From positions 1 to 64,000 of IMG/VR virus record IMGVR_UViG_3300042389_001027: a stretch of DNA of 64,000 nucleotides; one strand, written 5' to 3'. Below, piece after piece: positions 56,548 through 64,000 of this stretch. The notes under the pieces were generated by a model, which worked only from the letters and a program-made list of their open reading frames with translations, was not told the DNA's origin and did not search any database. A program made the translations under genes and the position numbers. Numbering within the stretch: position 1 is the first letter of the stretch; each line of letters starts with the position of its first letter. Source of the stretch: a virus.

Positions 56548-57837
56548 ATGGCTACCAAATTTGTAACAAATCTTGACCTCGTTCAGAACCAGATTCTCAA
56601 CGGACGGTTTGAGAGCGTTGCCAGCGACCCCGCAGTGGACAACTTTGAGGGTCGCCTCATCTACAACACCACCGAAGACACCATCAAGGTTTACTCTGGT
56701 TCAGCATGGCGCAAAATGCTTCACGGCATTTCCTCTACTGGTTCTGCCTCTGAAGCCATCACCATCAGCGAATCCAATGGTGCCGTAACAATCACTCCAA
56801 ACCTCGCAACGTCGTCTGATGACGGCGTAATGTCGGCTGCGGATAAATTAAAACTAGACGACGCTACCGCTGATGCAACCGCCTCAAAACTAGTAATCCG
56901 CGATTCGTCAGGTAACGCAAAGGTTGCAACTCCGACCGATGCAGCACATATTGCCACGAAGGGCTATGTTGATGCTGCGCGTCAAGGTCTTGACGTCAAG
57001 CAGTCGGTGAGGGTTGCAACCACCGCACCAATCAACCTAGCAACAGACCTACAGGCTGGCGACACCATTGATGGCATCACGCTTGTTGCTGGCGACCGTG
57101 TCCTTGTCAAGAATCAGGGAACAGCCTCAGAGAACGGTATCTACGTTGCGGTTGCTTCTGGTGCCGCAAGTCGCTCTTCTGATGCAAACGGAACTCCCGA
57201 CACTGGTGAAATTACTTCAGGAACATTCGTGTTCGTTGAGACAGGAACTGTCAACTTTGACTCAGGTTTCGTCGTCACAACAGACGGAACTATCACTGTT
57301 GGTACTACGGGAATCACGTGGACACAGTTCTCTGGTGCTGGCTCGTTTGAGGCTGGCGATGGTCTTTCAAAGTCTGGCACACAGGTCAACGTCAACGTAA
57401 CCGCAGACAGAACAGCAATTACTGCTGACGCAATTGACATTGCTTCTACGTATGTCGGTCAAAGTAGCATCACGACACTTGGCACCATCTCAACTGGTAC
57501 GTGGGAAGCAACAGATGTTGGTATCGCATATGGCGGTACTAACGCCTCAACAGAGTCGGCTGCTCGTCAAAACCTTGCTGCTGGTGGAACTCAAGGAAGT
57601 GGCGTCTCCACCCCAACCCTTGCTCGGGTTATCAACAAAACAATTGGCAACAACTCCGCTACGTCATTCACTATTGAGCATGGGTTTGCCACACGAGACG
57701 TAATCGTCCAAGTTTACGACGCAGCAACGTACGACACAGTAATCTGCGACGTTGTCCGCACTGACACAAACACCGTTACGTGCGCATTCTCTGTTGCCCC
57801 AGCGTCTAACGCTTACAAAGTTGTAATCACTGGTTAG
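56548..57837 (+). CDS. Virion structural/fibre protein
   Basis: ATKGYVD..QGLDVKQSVRVATTA, GDRVLVKNQ...ENGIY, WTQFSGAG. Confidence 0.8.
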   Translation: MATKFVTNLDLVQNQILNGRFESVASDPAVDNFEGRLIYNTTEDTIKVYSGSAWRKMLHGISSTGSASEAITISESNGAVTITPNLATSSDDGVMSAADKLKLDDATADATASKLVIRDSSGNAKVATPTDAAHIATKGYVDAARQGLDVKQSVRVATTAPINLATDLQAGDTIDGITLVAGDRVLVKNQGTASENGIYVAVASGAASRSSDANGTPDTGEITSGTFVFVETGTVNFDSGFVVTTDGTITVGTTGITWTQFSGAGSFEAGDGLSKSGTQVNVNVTADRTAITADAIDIASTYVGQSSITTLGTISTGTWEATDVGIAYGGTNASTESAARQNLAAGGTQGSGVSTPTLARVINKTIGNNSATSFTIEHGFATRDVIVQVYDAATYDTVICDVVRTDTNTVTCAFSVAPASNAYKVVITG

Positions 57838-57845
57838 GAGTAATC

Positions 57846-58040
57846 ATGAAACTGACAGCCCAAAATAAAGCAATGCTTGCATCGTATGCTCGTACAGCAA
57901 TTTCTGCTGGTATCGCTGTTTACCTTGCTGGCAACCACGACGTTAAAGCCATTGGTGCTGCTGCGTTTGCCGCTATCTCTGGTCCTTTGATGCGTTGGCT
58001 AAATCCATCAGACCCAGCATTTGGGCGCGGAGCAAAGTAA
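57846..58040 (+). CDS. Putative holin
   Basis: ASYAR, two short TMs, RWLNP.DPAFG; GGAG RBS. Confidence 0.65.
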   Translation: MKLTAQNKAMLASYARTAISAGIAVYLAGNHDVKAIGAAAFAAISGPLMRWLNPSDPAFGRGAK

Positions 58041-58088
58041 TTTTTCTTAGACCCCGAGGGGTCGCCGACATAGGAAGCGATTGAGGTC

Positions 58089-60818
58089 GTGACACGATTT
58101 TTGGGTACACCCCTCAGAGGGGAAGATTTTAGTTCTTCTAGTTCCGAGGCATTCTCGGCAAAAGTCGCGTCCGATACTCAGGCTCGTATTCGCATTGATG
58201 CGGGTGGGCGAATCACATGGGGTAGTGGTTCTGCTGCTGGCGATGTTTACGTCTATCGCTTTGCTGACAATGTTATTAAATTTGTTGGCAATGTTGCTGT
58301 TGACGCACTATTCGTTGACGGCATAGAAATTGATACTACTGGAGCCACTCTTAACCAAGTGCTCAAATATGATGGTACAAAGTTTGCTCCTGGTACCAAC
58401 GTAGCAACGGTTGAAGATATTGATGACATTGGCGATGTTGTATTAACAACACCTGCCGTCGGTGAAGTTTTACGTTTTGACGGTGGGAACTGGGTCAATG
58501 ACGTCATTCCTGAGATTAACGCGCTTGACGACATTGCGGGAGTTGTAATTACGAGCCCGTCTGCATACCAGACGCTTTCATATGATGGGACAAACTGGAT
58601 TAACTCGGATTCATCCGTAGCAACCCTTGTTACTAACGCTGAAGCAACATCTTTGGCGGTGGGTGAAGTTGTTTACCTTTATGGCGCTCAGGGCGATAGG
58701 GCGACAGTTAAGCGTGCCTCTAACTTATCCGACGCGACATCATCTAAGACTGTTGGTATTGTCGCCCAAATAATTGCGCCTAATGGGGTGGGTGCTGTTG
58801 TAACGCAAGGCTATGTCACTGGGATTAATACGTCGGCTTACACCCCCGGCGATATTCTGTGGCTTTCGTCAACGGCAGGACAATACACCACGACAAAACC
58901 GAGCGCCCCAAACCACCTTGTCTTCATCGGTGTCGTAGCACGAGCAAATGTTGGCAACGGAATTATTTATGTCAAAACCCAGAATGGTTACGAACTAGAC
59001 GAACTCCACGATGTCTCCATAGCAAGCAGAGTGTCTGGAGATTTTCTAAAATATGACGGTTCGGTATGGGTCAATGACCAAATCAACCTTGGCACCGACA
59101 CGGTTGGCAACTATGTTTCAGACGTCACCGCAGGCACTGGTGTAACCGTAACTCACACCCCATCAGAGGGGTCTAGCCCAACGATTGCAATTGGACAGGC
59201 AGTTGCGACTACAGACTCACCTACATTTGCTGGCGCAACATTGGATGGCGTCCAAATTGGTGTAACTGCCGCAAATGAGATTGATACTGCCTCTGGAAAC
59301 CTGACTATTGACTCTGCTGGTGGAACGGTCACAATTGACGACAACCTAACTGTCGCAGGTAACCTCACAGTTAATGGAACAACAGTTACCGTCAATTCTA
59401 CTGTAACCACAATTGATGACCCCGTCCTTACTCTCGGTGGCGACACCGCACCAGGCTCAGATGACAATAAAGACCGTGGTATTGAATTCAGATACCACAA
59501 CGGCGCAGCACCAAAACTAGGTTTCTTCGGCTACGACGACTCCACTGGTCGTTTCGTAATGATTCCAGATGCCACTAATACGAGTGAAGTGTTCTCTGGG
59601 ACTGTTGGAGATATTCAGGCAAGTACATTCTTTGGTGCACTGTCTGGTAATGCATCCACTGCGACGTCATTGCAGACTTCTCGGACGATTGAACTTACTG
59701 GTGATGTAACTGGTTCGGCATTATTTGATGGGACCACAAACGCTTCCATTACTGCAACTATTGCCGCGAATTCTGTTGCTCTTGGCGCTGATACCACTGG
59801 CAATTACATGGTTGACGTGTCGGCTGGGACTGGAATAAGTGTCAGCCACACGCAGGCAGAAGGTTCTACTGCAACAGTTTCTTTGGACGCAGGGTTAGAC
59901 ACTTTAACTGATGTAACTATTACATCAGCAACTACCAATGATTTTCTTAAATATACTGGTAGTGCGTGGGTTAATGAGCCAATTGATTTAAGCACAGACA
60001 CAACTGGAAGTTACGTTCAGTCACTAGTTGCAGGGACAGGCGTAACCATCACGAACAACTCTGGTGAAGGCGCAACCCCAACAATAGCGATTGGGCAAGC
60101 AGTTTCTACAACAAGCAACGTCACGTTCAATGACGTAACTGTTGCTGGAAACCTCAATGTCACTGGAAGCACTTTCGGTAGCGCGACCCTTGACGTTGAC
60201 AACTTCAAAATTACACTCAATGCGAGCGTCACGGGAGCACCAACTCTCAATGGTGAAATTGAAGTGAACCGTGGTACCTCAGCGGATGTTCGTATCCGCT
60301 GGAACGAGTCTTCAGACCTCTGGGAATACACAAACGACGGTTCATCGTATTCTCGTATTGGTTCTGCCCTGATGACGGTATCGGACACACCGCCATCAAG
60401 CCCATACACAGGCGACCTGTGGTTTGAGTCAGATAGCGGCATTACATTTGTTCGCTACGATAGCCATTGGATTGAAATTGGGGCATCTGGTATTGGTGCT
60501 GTTACGTCAGATACTGCGCCATCCAGCCCTGCAAACGGTCAGATTTGGTTTGAGTCCGACACTAGCCAACTCAAGATTTATTATGGCGGTTCTTGGATTC
60601 AGGTCGGCGGTTCTGATGCAGTCAATGTCATTAATGCAATTAACGCAAAGGGCGACCTTATTGTCGGCACCGCTAATGATACGGTCACTCGCCTTGGCTC
60701 AGGGACAAACGGTGATGTCCTGACTGCTAATTCTTCTACTACATCTGGTTTAGAGTGGGTTTCGCGCGCAGCAATCGCCGACGACTTTGCCGTGGCGAGT
60801 ATAATGGGCGCATACTGA
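58089..60818 (+). CDS. Large tail fibre/virion protein
   Basis: Repeats of DV.IT....L.Y.G..W.N, three DT.G.Y....AGTG, two P.SP..G..WFESD. Confidence 0.8.
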   Translation: MTRFLGTPLRGEDFSSSSSEAFSAKVASDTQARIRIDAGGRITWGSGSAAGDVYVYRFADNVIKFVGNVAVDALFVDGIEIDTTGATLNQVLKYDGTKFAPGTNVATVEDIDDIGDVVLTTPAVGEVLRFDGGNWVNDVIPEINALDDIAGVVITSPSAYQTLSYDGTNWINSDSSVATLVTNAEATSLAVGEVVYLYGAQGDRATVKRASNLSDATSSKTVGIVAQIIAPNGVGAVVTQGYVTGINTSAYTPGDILWLSSTAGQYTTTKPSAPNHLVFIGVVARANVGNGIIYVKTQNGYELDELHDVSIASRVSGDFLKYDGSVWVNDQINLGTDTVGNYVSDVTAGTGVTVTHTPSEGSSPTIAIGQAVATTDSPTFAGATLDGVQIGVTAANEIDTASGNLTIDSAGGTVTIDDNLTVAGNLTVNGTTVTVNSTVTTIDDPVLTLGGDTAPGSDDNKDRGIEFRYHNGAAPKLGFFGYDDSTGRFVMIPDATNTSEVFSGTVGDIQASTFFGALSGNASTATSLQTSRTIELTGDVTGSALFDGTTNASITATIAANSVALGADTTGNYMVDVSAGTGISVSHTQAEGSTATVSLDAGLDTLTDVTITSATTNDFLKYTGSAWVNEPIDLSTDTTGSYVQSLVAGTGVTITNNSGEGATPTIAIGQAVSTTSNVTFNDVTVAGNLNVTGSTFGSATLDVDNFKITLNASVTGAPTLNGEIEVNRGTSADVRIRWNESSDLWEYTNDGSSYSRIGSALMTVSDTPPSSPYTGDLWFESDSGITFVRYDSHWIEIGASGIGAVTSDTAPSSPANGQIWFESDTSQLKIYYGGSWIQVGGSDAVNVINAINAKGDLIVGTANDTVTRLGSGTNGDVLTANSSTTSGLEWVSRAAIADDFAVASIMGAY

Positions 60819-60838
60819 GATGATTGAGGTCAATCAAA

Positions 60839-61144
60839 ATGGCTAATACAGCAAAAGTTCTTTTTAGAGGAGCGGCTACAACTAATACAAATACTGTTTT
60901 GTATACAGCACCTTCCTCAACGTCTACAGTTGTAACGAATATTGTTGTTACAAATAATTCGTCTAGCCCAGCAACGTTTACCATTTCCCTAGATGGCGTG
61001 GTGCTCGCTCCAACTGTTGCAATCAGCGGTTACTCAATGACATCTCTTGACATCCGACAAGTACTTGCCACAACAGACACGCTCACTGGTGGGGCATCTA
61101 CTACGTCGGTTAACTTTCACATTAGCGGAATGGAAATTGCGTAA
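60839..61144 (+). CDS. Small virion protein
   Basis: LYTAP....VVTNI.V.N...F.ISG.EI. Confidence 0.7.
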   Translation: MANTAKVLFRGAATTNTNTVLYTAPSSTSTVVTNIVVTNNSSSPATFTISLDGVVLAPTVAISGYSMTSLDIRQVLATTDTLTGGASTTSVNFHISGMEIA

Positions 61145-63900
61145 TGGGTATTCAACAGTTCCCTATTGGTGACACAACGATTGAAGCAAACGAACTTCTT
61201 TACGACCCAGTAAACAAGTTACGTGTTTCAACACCACAGTCGCTCATTGACACCGACTTTGAGTACGGTACACAGATTTCAAAGTGGGAAAACTTGACTC
61301 TCACAGACAACCGACCTTTCGTTTACAATGCGCAAACACCATTAACAAATATCACTGGAGTTTCCCTGCCCAACCTGTCGCGTACCGTAACCGTAACTAC
61401 TGCTACCCCGCCAGCGGTTGGTACGCCAATCACGGTTACAGACACCCATCTTCCTATCGCTAACGGAAACTTTATTGTTGAATCAGTAAGCGCTGGAATG
61501 TCATTTTCCTATACTGCTCGTGCGGAAAACACCACGACTGTTACATCGCTTTTTGATTCCAACAAAACACAGTTTTTCCAAGGGGCTTTTTATACTGGTG
61601 CAGCAATTGGTGCCGCGCCAACAGTTTCCTACTCTGGAACAAAAGTCACTGTTACAACAACCACCCCACACGGTCTATCAATCGGAAACGAAATTGCCAT
61701 AACTGGCATAACAACAAGCGGTGCGAACCCACCAAACGGTGCTCATTTTGTCGCTGGCATAATCAGCGCAACGCAATTCTTTTACTACACATTCACTGCC
61801 CCAACAGGGACGCTGACAACAACAAGTGCCGTGGTTTATGCTCGCCCACAGGGGCAGTTCCTCCATCGCCCATTTGACGGTGGCGTTATCTTCTCAAGTA
61901 ACTCCACATCCAACTATCAGTCAGCAATTCGTCAGACACGTCGTTACTTCCGATACCAGTCTGGTAAAGGAATCCAGATGAGTTCAGGAACGCTCATCAA
62001 ACCATCTCTGCAACTTGAGTCCCTAACATCAGTTGGCACGCTTGTGACTGTACAAACGAAAGAAAAGCACAACCTTCAGCCTGGTTCAACAATTGATGTG
62101 TTTGGTGCAAACGAAAGCGCATATAACGGCGTATTCACTATCTACACGGTTACTGGTTACAACACGTTTACATATCAAGCACTTAGCACACCGTCTTCGT
62201 CAACTGCTTCTGGTCTGTATTACGCCAACATTAGTCAATGGTATGGGTGCTCTAACCGTATCGGGATTTTTGACCAGCAGAACGGAATGTTCTTTGAACA
62301 TGACGGTCAGGAACTTACTGCAGTAATTCGCGCTTCTACGTATCAAATTTCAGGACGTATAAGCGTTACTAATGGCTCTCCAAGTATCACTCAAACGAAT
62401 TCTTCTTTCCCAACTCGTTTCTCCAAGCAACTTGATATTGACGACTACATCGTCATCCGTGGACAGTCATATCGCATCATTGACATTGCTAGTGATACCT
62501 CCATGACAGTCAGCCCTGCCTACCGTGGCGCTACAGCAACCATGGTTATTGCCTCCAAGACGGTTGACAGACACTACCTTCAGTCTGAGTGGAATATTGA
62601 CAAAATGGACGGCACTGGTCCATCTGGCTACAACGCCGACTTCACCAAGATGCAAATGTTTTTCATTGACTACTCATGGTATGGCGCTGGTTCTGTACGT
62701 TTTGGATTACGTGGTACGGACGGAGAAATTAAGTACTGCCACAAAGTAGTTAACAACAACGTTAACTCTGAGGCGTATATGCGGTCGGGTAACTTGCCTG
62801 CACGCTATGAGTCTTCAACGGAGCCCCCGTACACAAAATTGTCATCATCTTTAACAGACGTTGCAACAAGTATGTCGGTCGTTTCAACTTACGGTTTCCC
62901 GCCAACAGGAACACTACTGGTGGCAAACAACCTGTATGGGTACGAATATGTTAACTACACGGGGAAAACGTCTACATCATTCACTGGTTTGACGCGAGCA
63001 CAAACTGGCGTTGCATCACTGGCAACAACCGTTGCTTCTGGACAGAACGTTTTGACAGTTTCTAGTACTGCACATTTGCAGGTTGGGCAGCGCGTATATG
63101 GTATCGCCAGTCCTGACGTTCCAGAAAACACTTTTATTTCTTCAATTGATTCGGGTACACAAATCTCTTTAAGTCAAGCAGTTACTGCAACTAACCCAAC
63201 ATTATTGTTTGCACCGATGAATGATGGAACAGCAAAGTCGTATACATATTCTTCAACTAACCCAGTTGCCGTAGAACTAGCGTGGCCGACCTATGCGCCT
63301 ACTATTTCCCACTGGGGCACATCGGCAATCATGGACGGTCGTTATGATGACGATAAATCTTTGTTGTTTACGTATGGTCAAACTACAACAACATCCATTC
63401 CATCTGGGCAAACATATTGTGTTCTTGCAATCCGCGTAGCACCGTCTGTTGACAACGGAACCTCAGGTTCATTTGGTAGTCGCGAATTAGTCAACCGCAT
63501 GCAGTTGATTCTTCGTGCTTTGGATATCACGACAACTACTTCTGGAGCAAACCTACTCATTACTGCAGTCTTGAATGGCACCCCAAGCGCTGGTGCAACA
63601 TGGATAAAACCAGCAACAGTCACATCAAGCCTTGCTGAGGTTGCAGATTATGCTGGAACTGCACGAACCATCTCTGGTGGAGAAACAACTGGTGGTTTCT
63701 TCGTAGGCACTGGCGCTAACTCAGTTGACTTAACAACAGTCCGAGACCTTGGAAACTCAATTCTTGGCGGTGGAAGTACAACGACTGCTGCCGCAATCTA
63801 TCCAGACGGTCCAGACACACTTCATATCATGGTGCGCAATCTAGGTGCTTTATCAGCAAACGTGTTCGCACGTCTTTCATGGACGGAAGCACAGGCGTAA
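61144..63900 (+). CDS. Large virion structural protein with beta-sandwich repeats
   Basis: LRVSTPQSLIDTDFEYG, RQTRRYFRYQSGKG, YSWYGAG, three VTVTT..H.L..G repeats. Confidence 0.75.
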   Translation: MGIQQFPIGDTTIEANELLYDPVNKLRVSTPQSLIDTDFEYGTQISKWENLTLTDNRPFVYNAQTPLTNITGVSLPNLSRTVTVTTATPPAVGTPITVTDTHLPIANGNFIVESVSAGMSFSYTARAENTTTVTSLFDSNKTQFFQGAFYTGAAIGAAPTVSYSGTKVTVTTTTPHGLSIGNEIAITGITTSGANPPNGAHFVAGIISATQFFYYTFTAPTGTLTTTSAVVYARPQGQFLHRPFDGGVIFSSNSTSNYQSAIRQTRRYFRYQSGKGIQMSSGTLIKPSLQLESLTSVGTLVTVQTKEKHNLQPGSTIDVFGANESAYNGVFTIYTVTGYNTFTYQALSTPSSSTASGLYYANISQWYGCSNRIGIFDQQNGMFFEHDGQELTAVIRASTYQISGRISVTNGSPSITQTNSSFPTRFSKQLDIDDYIVIRGQSYRIIDIASDTSMTVSPAYRGATATMVIASKTVDRHYLQSEWNIDKMDGTGPSGYNADFTKMQMFFIDYSWYGAGSVRFGLRGTDGEIKYCHKVVNNNVNSEAYMRSGNLPARYESSTEPPYTKLSSSLTDVATSMSVVSTYGFPPTGTLLVANNLYGYEYVNYTGKTSTSFTGLTRAQTGVASLATTVASGQNVLTVSSTAHLQVGQRVYGIASPDVPENTFISSIDSGTQISLSQAVTATNPTLLFAPMNDGTAKSYTYSSTNPVAVELAWPTYAPTISHWGTSAIMDGRYDDDKSLLFTYGQTTTTSIPSGQTYCVLAIRVAPSVDNGTSGSFGSRELVNRMQLILRALDITTTTSGANLLITAVLNGTPSAGATWIKPATVTSSLAEVADYAGTARTISGGETTGGFFVGTGANSVDLTTVRDLGNSILGGGSTTTAAAIYPDGPDTLHIMVRNLGALSANVFARLSWTEAQA

Positions 63901-63902
63901 TC

Positions 63903-64000
63903 ATGGCTATTGACTTTCCCGATACCCCCGCAACAAACGACACACACACTGATTCTGGTAAGACATGGAAGTACAACGGTTATGCGTGGGTACTACAAAC
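63903..64000 (+). CDS. Virion/fibre protein, partial
   Basis: MAIDFPDTPATNDTHT..GKTWKYNG.AW, open at the window end. Confidence 0.7.
   Translation, partial: MAIDFPDTPATNDTHTDSGKTWKYNGYAWVLQ

Noticed and set aside
53004-63900. Diversity-generating retroelement or invertible fibre cassette
   Set aside because: No reverse transcriptase, invertase or adenine-mismatched repeat pair is present; the fibre repeats diverge at all bases.
1-64000. Alternative genetic code
   Set aside because: TAA, TAG and TGA all end genes at sensible positions and long genes are intact under the standard code.

Overview
This is a 64-kb segment of a large, apparently lytic tailed dsDNA phage. It has an HK97-type head and a contractile myovirus-type tail, and a WhiB gene points to an actinobacterial host. 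Layout: (1) 1-7.6 kb, minus strand: primase-helicase, ThyX, WhiB, small ORFs, a Zn-deacetylase and a CX5R phosphatase. (2) 7.9-12.6 kb: class II RNR, sulfotransferase, thermonuclease and a 2OG hydroxylase. (3) 12.7-33.3 kb, minus strand: a greatly expanded head module. (4) 33.4-39.5 kb: TerL, Sak/Rad52, a RecB-like exonuclease and an IbrA/IbrB-like pair. (5) 39.5-64 kb: neck, sheath, tube, chaperone with -1 frameshift, tape measure, baseplate, fibres and holin-like genes. The standout is a tandem array between the prohead protease and major capsid genes. It holds four large proteins that share an N-terminal Cys module (RCPxGx3[GA][GN]x[FI]TDx5C) but end in different domains: DUF3626/ART-like, pseudokinase, HipA-like kinase and GNAT. 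Each of the three catalytically intact proteins is followed by a small coupled ORF, while the pseudokinase is not. This looks like a capsid-packaged polymorphic effector/immunity system, and matching 'eraser' enzymes (deacetylase, phosphatase) lie in the early region. All family names come from motif recognition by eye; no searches were run.
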